Assembly (NCBI GenBank): GCA_036918135.1
Contig: JBALDB010000029.1
Location: forward strand, 1-64,000
Source of the DNA: Nostoc sp.
GTDB taxonomy: Bacteria > Cyanobacteriota > Cyanobacteriia > Cyanobacteriales > Nostocaceae
DNA: 64,000 bases
Direction of reading: 5' to 3'
Each line of letters starts with the position of its first letter. The first letter of the stretch is position 1. Below, piece after piece: positions 33,577-44,219 of this stretch. The translations under genes and the position numbers were made by a program. The notes under the pieces are model-generated. The model was not told the DNA's origin. It saw nothing but the letters and a program-made list of their open reading frames with translations, and searched no databases.

Positions 33577-34116
33577 ATGCAACGTCTGTTCAAGTCTTTT
33601 CTGACAATTTCTGCATTATCTTCTTTAATAGTTGCTCCTATTTTTCTATCAGCTGGTCAAGCTTCTGCTGAAACCCAAAAGGGTACTGATGCTAGTTATG
33701 TCGGTGCTGGTATTGCAGCTGGGGTTACTAGTGGCGGACAAGGTAGCAATGATAATGCCACATTTGGTGGTAATGTCACAGGTCGCTTGAAATTAGGAAA
33801 TACACCGTTTTCTGCACGCGGTAATGTTCTTTGGAGTGATAAAACTAGTGCGATTATTCCAGAAGTTTCTCTCGATGTACCCATTGCTAATAAAACTAAT
33901 GCTTATTTAACTGGTGGTTATTCTTTTGTAGAAAAAGATGGTTCACCAACTCCTATAGGCAACAGAGATGCAGTAGTGGTAGGTGCTGGTGTTGAATCTG
34001 AAGTTGCTAACAATTTCCTCCTTTATACTAATACCAAAGTAGGAATTAGTGCTTATCAAAATAGTGATACTCCTGCTGTTAGCATCAATGCTGGTATTGG
34101 CTATAGCTTCAAATAA
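33577..34116 (+). CDS. small outer-membrane beta-barrel protein
   Basis: Signal peptide, amphipathic beta strands, terminal GIGYSF motif. Confidence 0.75.
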   Translation: MQRLFKSFLTISALSSLIVAPIFLSAGQASAETQKGTDASYVGAGIAAGVTSGGQGSNDNATFGGNVTGRLKLGNTPFSARGNVLWSDKTSAIIPEVSLDVPIANKTNAYLTGGYSFVEKDGSPTPIGNRDAVVVGAGVESEVANNFLLYTNTKVGISAYQNSDTPAVSINAGIGYSFK

Positions 34117-34234
34117 AAGATGAGTAAAACAATTCTGAGTTACCAAAGTTGAAATTTGAGTAAATCTTAGCTATGAATTATGGCTAAGCTCAGAATCAAA
34201 AAACTTTCTTAGAGTCAAATATTGATAGTGCAAG

Positions 34235-34262
34235 GTAGGGTGGCACAGCAGTGCTACCCTAC
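34235..34262. repeat. REP-like GTAG palindrome
   Basis: GTAGGGTGGCAC-agca-GTGCTACCCTAC. Confidence 0.65.
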
Positions 34263-34482
34263 TATTTGTGCGTACTTCAGGCAATTGAAAATCACTATAG
34301 TTAATAGATAAAAAATCCCTTATTTCTTTGAATTAATTAATTTTAATCATTGACTCGAACTCAGGAGTCTTGACTCGCTCTATACTTGACTCAGCACTAA
34401 GAACTCTCAAGAACTGGTTTTGAAGTGTTACATCACTGAGAAAGCCTGGTTTTGCCGTGTTAAAATTAAAAAATTCCTCATT

Positions 34483-34505
34483 ATTCCGACCGGATTACCG
34501 GGAAT
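34483..34505. promoter_or_regulatory. candidate operator upstream of sir
   Basis: ATTCC-GACCGGATTACCG-GGAAT inverted repeat just downstream of a TAAAAT -10 candidate at 34461. Confidence 0.4.
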
Positions 34506-34583
34506 GTAATAGCCGAAAAGATATTTACATCTTGTTACTTCGGCGTCCACGAATGCTTTATTGAGAACACTATAACAACTCTC

Positions 34584-36500
34584 ATGGTTAAATCTGCTCC
34601 TCCCCCCGTCGCTAGCCGTAAGCCTTCTAAAGTAGAAGTAATCAAAGAAAACAGTAATTTTTTACGTGAGCCTGTAGCAACTGAGATTCTTGAAGATACT
34701 ACTCATTTTACTGAAAATGCTGTGCAACTGTTGAAGTTTCACGGCTCTTATCAACAGGATAACCGCGACAACCGCGCCAAGGGACAGGAGAAAGATTACC
34801 AGTTTATGCTGCGGACAAAAAATCCGGGTGGTTTGGTGCCGCCGCAGCTGTATCTGGCTTTAGATAAATTGGCTGATGAGTATGGTAACCACACATTACG
34901 AGCCACTACCCGTCAAGGTTTCCAGCTGCACGGAATTTTAAAGAAGAATCTTAAAACAGCAATTGCTACTATTGTCAAGAACTTGGGTTCGACTCTCGGA
35001 GCTTGCGGCGACATCAACCGCAATGTGATGGCACCACCAGCGCCGTTTAAAAATCGCCCAGAATACCAGTATGCTTGGGAATATGCCCAGAATATTGCTG
35101 ACTTGCTTTCACCGCAAACAGGTGCTTATTACGAAATTTGGTTAGATGGTGAAAAGGCAATTAGCGGTGAAGAAAATCCAGAGGTGACAGCAGCACGATC
35201 GCGCAATGGTAATGGCACAATCGTTCATGACAACCAAGAACCGATTTACGGTACGCACTATATGCCGCGCAAGTTCAAAGTTTGCGTGACGATACCAGGA
35301 GATAATTCCGTTGATTTATATTCCCAAGACCTAACTTTGGTGGTAATTACCAATAAGAAACGAGAATTAGAAGGATTTAATATCTTCGCTGGCGGTGGCT
35401 TAGGCAGAACACACAATAAAGAAGAAACTTTTGCTAGGTTAGCAGATCCAATTTGCTATGTAGCTAAAGAAGATGTTTACGACATAGTAAAAGCGATTGT
35501 AGCTACCCAAAGAGATTATGGCGATCGCACTGACCGCCGTCACGCCAGATTAAAATATCTCATCAACGATTGGGGTGTAGATAAATTCCGCACCCAAGTT
35601 GAAGAATATTTTGGCAAACCAGTTGCAGCCTTCAAACCACTGCCAGAGTTTAAATATTACGACTTCCTCGGCTGGAACGAACAAGGCGATGGCCAGCTAT
35701 TTTTAGGAATTTCCATTGACAATGGTCGGATTAAAGATGAAGGTTCTCTGCAACTGAAAACCGCTTTGCGGGAAATTGTCGAGCAATTTAACTTGCACAT
35801 CCGCCTAACGGCTAACCATAACCTGATTTTTTACGATATCGAACCAGATAGCAAACAAGCTATTCAAGAAATTCTCAATCGTTACGGTGTCGTTTCTGAC
35901 CCCAGTCAAATCGAACCTTTAGAACGGTATGCAATGGCTTGTCCGGCTTTGCCTACCTGCGGCTTGGCAATTACCGAATCAGAACGGGCAATACCAGGGA
36001 TTTTGGAGCGAATTCGCGCTCTATTGGATAAATTATGTTTACAAAAAGACCATTTTGTAATTAGAATGACAGGTTGTCCTAATGGTTGCGCTCGTCCTTA
36101 CATGGCGGAATTAGGCTTTGTGGGTAGCGCTCCAGAAAGTTACCAATTATGGTTAGGGGGTTCGCCAAATCAGACACGATTGGCGCAACCTTACATCGAT
36201 AAGCTGCACCATAACGACTTGGAAACTGTTTTAGAGCCAATTTTCGTTTACTTTAAGAAATCAAGGAAATCGAAAGAAAGCTTTGGTGATTTTTGCGATC
36301 GCGTTGGTTTTGATGCCATCCGCGAATTTAGCGCCACCTACGAACCTGGTACAGCTAATGGTGTGAACAAATCACGCCATCGAGTAAATTTGAAAGCTGA
36401 TATCTACGGCAAGTTGAAGGAAGTATCCGAAAACCAAGGTAAGTCAATGACTCAGTTGGTGACCGAAGCCTTAGAGGTTTACTTCCAGAATCTTTCCTAA
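34584..36500 (+). CDS. sir: ferredoxin-dependent sulfite reductase
   Basis: [54 protein letters not shown]. Confidence 0.97.
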   Translation: MVKSAPPPVASRKPSKVEVIKENSNFLREPVATEILEDTTHFTENAVQLLKFHGSYQQDNRDNRAKGQEKDYQFMLRTKNPGGLVPPQLYLALDKLADEYGNHTLRATTRQGFQLHGILKKNLKTAIATIVKNLGSTLGACGDINRNVMAPPAPFKNRPEYQYAWEYAQNIADLLSPQTGAYYEIWLDGEKAISGEENPEVTAARSRNGNGTIVHDNQEPIYGTHYMPRKFKVCVTIPGDNSVDLYSQDLTLVVITNKKRELEGFNIFAGGGLGRTHNKEETFARLADPICYVAKEDVYDIVKAIVATQRDYGDRTDRRHARLKYLINDWGVDKFRTQVEEYFGKPVAAFKPLPEFKYYDFLGWNEQGDGQLFLGISIDNGRIKDEGSLQLKTALREIVEQFNLHIRLTANHNLIFYDIEPDSKQAIQEILNRYGVVSDPSQIEPLERYAMACPALPTCGLAITESERAIPGILERIRALLDKLCLQKDHFVIRMTGCPNGCARPYMAELGFVGSAPESYQLWLGGSPNQTRLAQPYIDKLHHNDLETVLEPIFVYFKKSRKSKESFGDFCDRVGFDAIREFSATYEPGTANGVNKSRHRVNLKADIYGKLKEVSENQGKSMTQLVTEALEVYFQNLS

Positions 36501-36585
36501 GCTGGAAAATTGAAGATAATGAAATCAAATAGAGACACAGATAAATTCATTTGTGTCTCTATTGTGTAGTCTTAATACTCTAAGT

Positions 36586-37227
36586 ATGGTAATCACAGCA
36601 AAATTTGCAGAAACTAGGGATGTGCTGCAAAACATTAGCTGGCAAACATTCAAAGCTATGCTGGCAGATATGGGATGCGAGCGGAATAAAAGGCTAGCTT
36701 ATGACAACGGAATAGTAGAAATTATGACGCCGTTGATGCCACACGAGAACTCAAACCGTCTAATTGAGGGTTTTGTTCTTGTGTTGTGTGAAGAGTTTGG
36801 TTTAGAAGTTAAAAGTGCTGGCTCGTTGACTATGACGCGCGATGATTTGGAGCAAGCAGCCGAACCTGACAGCAGTTACTATATTCAAAACGAATTTTTA
36901 GTCCGCAACAAAGAAAATATCGACCTGAATATAGACCCACCACCAGACTTGGTATTAGAAGTAGAATATTCCAAATCCAAAATAAACAAATTAATTCTTT
37001 ATGCTGCAATCGGAGTCCCAGAATTCTGGCGGTATAACGGAACTGTGTTAAGAATTTACACCCTCAACAATGGGCAATATTCCCAGAGCCAAAGTAGTCC
37101 AACTTTTGCACCTGTGCTGGTGACAGAGATTCCGCGATTTATCCAAGAAAGCAAGAATATAGGACAAATAGCAGCCACTCGTGCTTTCCGTACCTGGGTA
37201 AGACAGCAGATGTCTACAGCAGAGTAG
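36586..37227 (+). CDS. Uma2 (DUF820) family protein
   Basis: NISWQTF, EPDSSYYIQ, PPPDLVLEVE, GVPEFWRY. Confidence 0.92.
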   Translation: MVITAKFAETRDVLQNISWQTFKAMLADMGCERNKRLAYDNGIVEIMTPLMPHENSNRLIEGFVLVLCEEFGLEVKSAGSLTMTRDDLEQAAEPDSSYYIQNEFLVRNKENIDLNIDPPPDLVLEVEYSKSKINKLILYAAIGVPEFWRYNGTVLRIYTLNNGQYSQSQSSPTFAPVLVTEIPRFIQESKNIGQIAATRAFRTWVRQQMSTAE

Positions 37228-37240
37228 TTTATTCAGAAAA

Positions 37241-38032
37241 ATGTCTCAACTCCAAAGAATTGCGATCGCACCCTCTCAACTCCAGCAACAGCAAATTTTG
37301 CTCAGCAAAGAACAGCAACATTACTTATTGCGAGTGTTGCGCTTGCGTGAAGGCGATCGCTTTATTGCAATGGACGGTAAAGGGAAATCGTGGTTAGCGC
37401 AGCTTACAGGAGAACAAGCGCAAGTTTTAGAATCCATCTCAGTAGAAACAGAATTACCTGTAACAATTACGCTAATAGTGGCATTACCTAAAGGCAATGG
37501 ATTTGATGAAGTCGTGCGCTGTTGTACGGAATTGGGAGTAACTTGTATTGCACCAGTAATGAGCGATCGCACTTTGCTTCATCCTAGTCCCCAAAAACTC
37601 GAACGCTGGCGGCGCATCGCAGCAGAAGCCGCCGAACAATCAGAACGCTTATTCGTACCCACAATTTTAGAACCTGTTACTTTTAGCATTGGTTTGTCAT
37701 TAGTCATTAGTCATTTGTCATTGGCTCAACAATATATTTGTGTCGCGCGTGGTGAGTTTCCCCATCTAAAAGATTGCTTACACCACAAAGGACAAATGAC
37801 AAATGATAAAGCGCAAAGTCTGAGCGCCGGCTTCCGGCGATCGGAACTTTGTAAGACAGGACAAGAAACAATTGTCATCGCTACTGGCCCAGAAGGTGGA
37901 TGGACAAAACAAGAAATTGAAAATGCGATCGCAGTTGGATTTCAACCTGTTTCCCTTGGTCGTCGCATCCTCAGAGCAGTGACAGCGCCAGTGGTAGCAT
38001 TATCCTTGATTACCGCAGCTTGTGAAGTATAA
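37241..38032 (+). CDS. rsmE: 16S rRNA m3U1498 methyltransferase with repeat-derived insertions
   Basis: HYLLRVLRL, EAAEQSER, GPEGGW, LGRRILRAVTA. Confidence 0.95.
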   Translation: MSQLQRIAIAPSQLQQQQILLSKEQQHYLLRVLRLREGDRFIAMDGKGKSWLAQLTGEQAQVLESISVETELPVTITLIVALPKGNGFDEVVRCCTELGVTCIAPVMSDRTLLHPSPQKLERWRRIAAEAAEQSERLFVPTILEPVTFSIGLSLVISHLSLAQQYICVARGEFPHLKDCLHHKGQMTNDKAQSLSAGFRRSELCKTGQETIVIATGPEGGWTKQEIENAIAVGFQPVSLGRRILRAVTAPVVALSLITAACEV

Positions 38033-38086
38033 ATGAGTTATGGCTCACGCAGAGGCGTGAGATATTTCTCTAGCGTGGATTGAAAT

Positions 38087-39151
38087 ATGATTGAGCAAGT
38101 TGCGATCGCCTTTGACAATAAAGACTATCAAACAGCTGCTAAATTACTCAAACAGTTGCAAAAAGAATCGCCAGAACATCCTTGGGTGCAATTTTATCTC
38201 GCTCGGCTGCATGAAGTATCTGAAAACTACCAAGACGCAGAAAAAATTTATCGGCAACTGCTGCGAGATACGAGGAATAGTAGAATAGTGACGCTAGCAC
38301 GACAAGGTTTAGGACGGCTGCAAGAAATTGAGCAAGAACAAAGACAACGAGCTATTGCTAAAGCAACATCACAACCTAATAACACTGAACTTGGCGTACT
38401 AATCTTAGAACCTCTGAGTAACGAACTCAAAACAGAAGTATCTCGAAAATTTGCCCAAATAATGCAAATAGATCCTTACAGCGCACGGCTAACGCTACCG
38501 AGTCGTGGCTGGAGACTATACCGCACCGGACAAGTAGGAGAATTAAAATTTTATGGTAAACAGCTACAACAAGCTGGTATTCCCTGTTTCTGGACAACAA
38601 TAACCGCCATTCAACAAATTCAAGTTTTTCAAGTCAAGTATTTTTCAGAATCTCAACTAAAAGCTACCGTTGTTTGTCGCAACCAAGCAAACCAACTCGG
38701 TTCTTTAACCTTTAATTGGTCAGAAGTCACAGCACGAGTAGTGGGACTTTTGCCGATTTTTGAACAAGTTGTAGATATTGACGCCCATCGCAAACTAGAA
38801 CGGAAAACTCAAACACAAGACTATGCTCAGTTTTGTGATTTACACCTACCTGGTAGACGTTGTATTCTGCGACTTTCTGATAATGGCTATGAATTTCTGC
38901 AAGGTTTAGAAATCATTCCTCAAGCTAGCCAAAATACAATCAGAATTAATTGGAACAGTTTATCAAATTGGATTAACCAGCAACTACCTCAAGTCAAAAA
39001 TTGGTCAGACTTCACACCCTTTGCAGATACAGCGTTAGAGCAAACAGAAATGCTGGGTCAAATTCAATCTCATATTTACCTATTTCGTAGGGAGCAAACT
39101 AATTGGGATTCAGCTTTTCATTTATATAGTGGATTAGTATTTGTTAAATAA
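38087..39151 (+). CDS. TPR-domain protein
   Basis: N-terminal TPR-like helices (DYQTAAKLLK...YLARLHE...AEKIYRQLL). Confidence 0.8.
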   Translation: MIEQVAIAFDNKDYQTAAKLLKQLQKESPEHPWVQFYLARLHEVSENYQDAEKIYRQLLRDTRNSRIVTLARQGLGRLQEIEQEQRQRAIAKATSQPNNTELGVLILEPLSNELKTEVSRKFAQIMQIDPYSARLTLPSRGWRLYRTGQVGELKFYGKQLQQAGIPCFWTTITAIQQIQVFQVKYFSESQLKATVVCRNQANQLGSLTFNWSEVTARVVGLLPIFEQVVDIDAHRKLERKTQTQDYAQFCDLHLPGRRCILRLSDNGYEFLQGLEIIPQASQNTIRINWNSLSNWINQQLPQVKNWSDFTPFADTALEQTEMLGQIQSHIYLFRREQTNWDSAFHLYSGLVFVK

Positions 39152-39307
39152 TTTGTAGATAAATATAAAATGATATCAAGTTCGGCTAATTGCTTACAAT
39201 ATGTTGGCCTTTTTGGTAATTAGGAAAAAGGTAATTGTGGATTGGGAAAAAGCTAATTAGGAAAAAGGAAATAAATAACTGACTATTACCTATTATCGAT
39301 TACCCTC

Positions 39308-39430
39308 AAAAAAGGTCGCGAAACAGGGATAATGTTGGATGAACAAGCTTCAACCCAAAAAGATGCAGCCGTAGTGGAGAAAATTAAGCGATTGCTCCTA
39401 ACTTGGAGACTTCCCCAATCTACAGCTGCT
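39308..39430 (-). ncRNA. candidate structured RNA (unassigned)
   Basis: Minus strand folds GCAGCUGUAG/CUACGGCUGC plus UGGGGAAG/UUUCUCCA, then UUGGGUUGAA/UUCAUCCAA, ending in a U tract. G-U pairs favour the minus strand. Confidence 0.4.
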
Positions 39431-39495
39431 AAACTAGTCTCGATCTTGCGTATTCAGACTTAATTTGTAGAGACCATATTACGGTCTCTTGAGAT

Positions 39496-40086
39496 TTAAT
39501 TACGAGTTTTAACTTGGCGTGCCATATCTAAATAAGCACTCATATTCGCTCCTGGACGCCGACGCCCATTAGAGATATTACTCGAAGGAGCAAGATACTT
39601 GGGTGCAAAGGTGGTTTCAGTTGGCTGCTCTTTTAAGACTTTGGCTGCCGCAGCTTTTTCATTATTGCCAGGTTGAACTTTTAGACCATCAGCAGTTTGG
39701 ACTAGCTCAACATCAGCTGGTTTTGGATTTTCAGATGATTTTGCTTGTTTAGTTGATTTAGCTGATTTAGTTGATTTAGTCGATTTTGCTTTACCCTTAT
39801 TTGTGTCGGCTTTTGCTCCGTTCAATGAAGCTGGCTTAGATGCATCTGGTGTATCTGATGTAATTGTTTCTGTTACTTTTTTCGCACTGGATGCAACTGT
39901 CTCTACTACTTTCATTGCATTCGATGCTACCTCTTTAGCTGCCTCTTTAGCAGTATCCTTGGCTTCGTCCAATTCTAAGAAGTAGCCGTTGCTTTTTTTC
40001 TTCCCTGGTAACAAGCCAGTCACGAAACCTAAAATACCGCCAATAAAACCCTGAATACCCGAAATCAACTTTTTGATAAAATCCAT
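39496..40086 (-). CDS. conserved cyanobacterial hypothetical protein, Lys/Ala-rich
   Basis: GYFLELDE N-motif, KST repeats, C-term TFAPKYL...RRRPGANMSAYLDMARQ. Confidence 0.8.
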   Translation of the reverse strand: MDFIKKLISGIQGFIGGILGFVTGLLPGKKKSNGYFLELDEAKDTAKEAAKEVASNAMKVVETVASSAKKVTETITSDTPDASKPASLNGAKADTNKGKAKSTKSTKSAKSTKQAKSSENPKPADVELVQTADGLKVQPGNNEKAAAAKVLKEQPTETTFAPKYLAPSSNISNGRRRPGANMSAYLDMARQVKTRN

Positions 40087-40583
40087 TACAATTACTCCTG
40101 CCTTTTATATTTGAAATTTGACCGTAATTGTTAATAATTACGACAAAATGTTACATTTTTTTGCTTTGCGTCACCCTATCTTGGTGACAACCCTTATAGG
40201 TTTGTGTTTAATGAACATTGTAGTAAAACTACAGGATAAATGCTTTGTTGCAAGTACCTGCCAAGCTATATACCGAGAACTAATTATTAAATTTTACTGT
40301 AACTTAGAGCAAGATTCTGAAAGCTAGCTTCATAAAAATTAATATTTCTTTGTTTAAGAATTTAGGCAAGCTCTTTGTCTCTCAACCAGTAAAAGGAGTG
40401 TCATAGCCTGTTAGCAAATGGCTATAATATTAAGTTATATTTGTTACAAGCTTGCTCCTAAAGTATCTGAAGTTTTGCCAAGATATCTCGATAAAAAATC
40501 TGAAAAGCAAGAACTTCAGTTTGTAGAGCAGTATGTACTTACAAAAGTTAAATACACCACCTAAATTTAGCTAGATTTTGTAA

Positions 40584-41219
40584 ATGAACATTGAAAATCA
40601 GCAACGCAATCCCGTTTTATTAATACACGGAATTGACGATACAGAGGCAGTTTTTCGTAAAATGAAACCGTATCTTATACAACAAGGTTTTACCGTACAT
40701 GCCCTGAATTTAGTACCAAATAATGGCGATTTGGGTCTTGATGAATTGGCAAAGCAGGTAGCCGATTATGTCACAACTAACTTTGGCTTGGAACAACCAC
40801 TGGATTTGGTCAGCTTCAGCATGGGAGGAATTGTCAGCCGTTACTATGTCCAGCGGCTAAAAGGAATTAACCGCGTGCAGAGGTTTATTACAATTGCTTC
40901 GCCCCATCATGGAACTGTAGTTGCTTACGGTTCTGGGCGTCCTGGTTGCGTACAAATGCGCCCCGACAGCCTTTTTCTCAAGGATCTAAATTCTGATGCT
41001 GTAATGTTGAAGCAATTAAATTTTACATCTATCTGGACACCTTATGATTTAATGATTGTCCCTGCAAATAGTTCGCAAATGCCTGTAGGACAGCAAGTAA
41101 TAGTACCAGTTGCTCTACACCCTTGGATGTTAACAGACTCTGGAAGTTTAGCAGCAGTAACAGCAGCTTTAGCACAGCGTATTAAACTACCCCTACTGAA
41201 GAAAAAATCCAGTCAGTAA
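40584..41219 (+). CDS. lipase/esterase (alpha/beta hydrolase)
   Basis: LLIHGI, SFSMGG, IASPHHGT, DLMIVP, HPWM. Confidence 0.9.
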   Translation: MNIENQQRNPVLLIHGIDDTEAVFRKMKPYLIQQGFTVHALNLVPNNGDLGLDELAKQVADYVTTNFGLEQPLDLVSFSMGGIVSRYYVQRLKGINRVQRFITIASPHHGTVVAYGSGRPGCVQMRPDSLFLKDLNSDAVMLKQLNFTSIWTPYDLMIVPANSSQMPVGQQVIVPVALHPWMLTDSGSLAAVTAALAQRIKLPLLKKKSSQ

Positions 41220-41309
41220 TTAGCACACTTGCCAAGCTTAATTTATTTATAATTACGAATTATGAATTACGTGGCTTGCTTCTTGCCAAAAGCGAGTATC
41301 AGGAATTAT

Positions 41310-41741
41310 TTAAGTTCTATCCCCAATTTGGGCATGTTCGTAATTTCCAAAAATTGCTTCTGGATAACGATAATACTTAAACTCCATTAAGTTATAAAAG
41401 GGATCTTCTAAAAAGAAAGTACGATGCTCAAGAGGAGAACCTACAAAGCGATTTTTGCTTGCTTCGCGAAAAATTAGCTGTTGCTGTTGTGCCCTTTCTA
41501 GTAAGTCCTCCCAGTCACGTTCTTGGGTAAAAATTAGTCCAAAGTGTCTGGGATATATGGTCTGTTGGGCTGTCAAAAGTTCTTTGGTGACATGAGCTAC
41601 TAGTTGATGACCGTAGAGATTGAGAATTAGGGCGTGGCGGTTTTCACGACCGGGAATACAGCCCAAGCCATCTACATAATATGTTTTGGTCTGGGCAATG
41701 TCAGTAACAGGAAAAGCGAGATGGAATAAAGTTTGACTCAT
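41310..41741 (-). CDS. VOC/glyoxalase family protein
   Basis: FHLAFPV, GHQLVAH, PRHFG, FFLEDPFYNLMEFK. Confidence 0.9.
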   Translation of the reverse strand: MSQTLFHLAFPVTDIAQTKTYYVDGLGCIPGRENRHALILNLYGHQLVAHVTKELLTAQQTIYPRHFGLIFTQERDWEDLLERAQQQQLIFREASKNRFVGSPLEHRTFFLEDPFYNLMEFKYYRYPEAIFGNYEHAQIGDRT

Positions 41742-42076
41742 AGCTTGTATAAAAAACTAATAATTGATGATATTTACAATTTTTGCTGTTAAATGTTGAT
41801 TGCAGTCAACTAGAACACAGTTTTAATTAACATTAACTTATATCCTTTGTTATATACTAACCCGCTTTTATTTTTGAACCTATTTGTTATACAGGGGGTA
41901 GCGAATAGGAAATCAGCCTTTTTAAGGTAAGGGCGAGTTTTTTGTTGCAATCAAATAGGAGTTTTATAATACAAATATATTACTTTGAGTGGAAAGGTGT
42001 CATAAATTAAACAGTAAATGTGATAAATTGGTTATCCTATTGATATTCAGATAAAAAGACTCTTGACTAATTACTG

Positions 42077-42874
42077 ATGTCACCCTCAATTGATTCTGTA
42101 AATCCCTGGTTGCTGGGAATAGGATTAAACACAATTTTATTGGGTTTAGCTGGGATTGCTCCGAAAAAGCTGCTTACAAAAGCTGGATTATTCCACGCTT
42201 GGTTATTGGCCATAATAATTTGGGGAACCTTAGGCTGGCAAGGTTATGCAGTAGTAATGTTCTATTTTCTAGTTGGTTCTGGCGTTACCCGCATTGGAAT
42301 GGCACAGAAGGAGGCAGAAGGAATTGCCGAAAAGCGTTCTGGGGCAAGAGGCCCAGAAAACGTCTGGGGTTCGGCTTTGACTGGGGCGTTGTGTGCTTTA
42401 GGAGTAGGGCTACTCAATTCGGGATTAATTGTACCATTCCCTCAATCCCTAGTCCCCAGCCTCCAGTCCCTTTTATTACTAGGCTATGTGGCGAGTTTTA
42501 GTACCAAGCTTGCTGACACTACTGCCAGCGAAGTTGGTAAAGCATACGGTAAAAGTACGTTTTTAATTACTACCCTCCAACCAGTGCCCCGTGGCACCGA
42601 AGGAGCGGTAAGCTTAGAGGGAACTTTAGCTGGTGTTGTGGCTTCTGTAGCGATCGCCCTTGTTGGTTGGGGAGTTGGTTTAATTGATATATTGGGCGTA
42701 GCTTGGTGTGTGCTGGCAGCATTTATTGCCACCAATTTAGAAAGTGTAATTGGGGCAACACTGCAATCAAAATATACTTGGATGACCAATGAAGTGGTAA
42801 ATATTTTTAATACATTAATCGGTGCGATCGCAGCCGTAATATTTGCCTGGGTATGGGGAATTTGGCATTGGTAA
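42077..42874 (+). CDS. DUF92/TIGR00297 membrane protein (VTE6-like phytyl-phosphate kinase candidate)
   Basis: GARGPENVWGS, KLADTTASEVGK, GTEGAVSLEGT, NEVVN. Confidence 0.88.
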   Translation: MSPSIDSVNPWLLGIGLNTILLGLAGIAPKKLLTKAGLFHAWLLAIIIWGTLGWQGYAVVMFYFLVGSGVTRIGMAQKEAEGIAEKRSGARGPENVWGSALTGALCALGVGLLNSGLIVPFPQSLVPSLQSLLLLGYVASFSTKLADTTASEVGKAYGKSTFLITTLQPVPRGTEGAVSLEGTLAGVVASVAIALVGWGVGLIDILGVAWCVLAAFIATNLESVIGATLQSKYTWMTNEVVNIFNTLIGAIAAVIFAWVWGIWHW

Positions 42875-43194
42875 GCTAAGACTTTGCTCAATTGAAGCAA
42901 ATAAGTCTAGGAAATGAGCAATGAATTATTTTTCAGCTTTCTTGGTTGATTTTACTTAATTATCTTATCTGTCTAAACTTATACAGTTTTTTCAGAAAAT
43001 TGGCTTCGGCTTACTTGTAGACGATCGCTGAAATTTTCAATCCTGTTCTGTCTTCCCAAAAGCGTATAACTAGATTATGGAAAACTATATTATCAAAAAG
43101 GCGTTCTGACGCAAACAGAATTTTCAATCGCTTTCTCACCTCAGACCGTCTCCTCTTCAATTAGCAGTTATATATTTTTTTAGCCATTTCCATG

Positions 43195-43326
43195 TAAGTA
43201 AGTTGGCACAATAAAACTAAACTGTGTCAAGAAAAGTAAATAACGGCTCAAACGCCTTTTCTGCTTGCTAAACAGTGCCCTGCCTTTTCCTTTATACAAA
43301 CAATAATTATTTATGCCGACATAGTA
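43195..43326. mobile_element. degenerate MITE-like element
   Basis: Imperfect terminal inverted repeats TAAGTAAGTTGGCACAATAA ... TTATTTATGCCGACATAGTA with no ORF. Confidence 0.45.
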
Positions 43327-43436
43327 GATTAATTTATAAAATCTTTATCATAATAATCCATCAATTACAAGATGATTTCTATATGATTTAATTTGAAAGT
43401 CCTATGAGTGTTTAACCATTTTTACATAATTAGTTC

Positions 43437-44219
43437 ATGGAATCTTTACCATTTTTGACAGTCAATGACCAACCTATTTCTATTGAGGAAGCAGTAAAAT
43501 ATTTGCAAGCCTCTGGAAAATTGGGGCAGTTCATTGGGGATATTCTCCGCCAGCACGTAATTGAGCAAGAAATACGAACGCGAGATGATATCCAGATTGG
43601 TACAGCAATCACAGAGCAGGCAATTATTGACTTTAGACTCAATAATCAATTGACCGATCCCCAAAGCTTTCAAGAATGGTTAAAGAGGAATAACACAGAT
43701 TACACAACATTTCATACATCTGTTACTTTTGGTTACAAGCTAGAAAAACTCAAAGCTGTAGTGACAGAATCAAAACTTCCAGAATATTTTATTGAACGCA
43801 AAATTTTTTTAGACCGAATGGTACTTTCTCGGATTGTTGTTGATAATCGGGAACTGGCAGACGAACTACAAATCCAAATTGAAGAGGGAGGTAGCTTTGA
43901 GCAACTAGCTAGAGAGTATTCACTTGCAGATGACCGACTTTTGAACGGCATGATGGGAATAATTAGCCGAGGAAGTCTGCCAGATACACTACGGGCAGCT
44001 ATTGATGTAGCAAGTCCTGGACAAGTGGTAGGACCAATAGAAATGGTTGGCGGAACCTCCTTGCAAGGAGAAGTACCTTATGGTTTGTTTCGAGTAGAAC
44101 AATTTCTGCCAGCATCTTTAGAAGATACTCAACTAAAGCAAGCACTACAAAATGAATTGTTTGAGAAATGGCTAGCAGAGAAAATTCAAAAACTGACAGT
44201 CAAATTACAAGTGAGTTAA
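43437..44219 (+). CDS. PpiC/parvulin-type peptidyl-prolyl isomerase
   Basis: SFEQLAREYS, NGMMG, GQVVGPI; overlaps the ABC exporter start. Confidence 0.88.
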   Translation: MESLPFLTVNDQPISIEEAVKYLQASGKLGQFIGDILRQHVIEQEIRTRDDIQIGTAITEQAIIDFRLNNQLTDPQSFQEWLKRNNTDYTTFHTSVTFGYKLEKLKAVVTESKLPEYFIERKIFLDRMVLSRIVVDNRELADELQIQIEEGGSFEQLAREYSLADDRLLNGMMGIISRGSLPDTLRAAIDVASPGQVVGPIEMVGGTSLQGEVPYGLFRVEQFLPASLEDTQLKQALQNELFEKWLAEKIQKLTVKLQVS

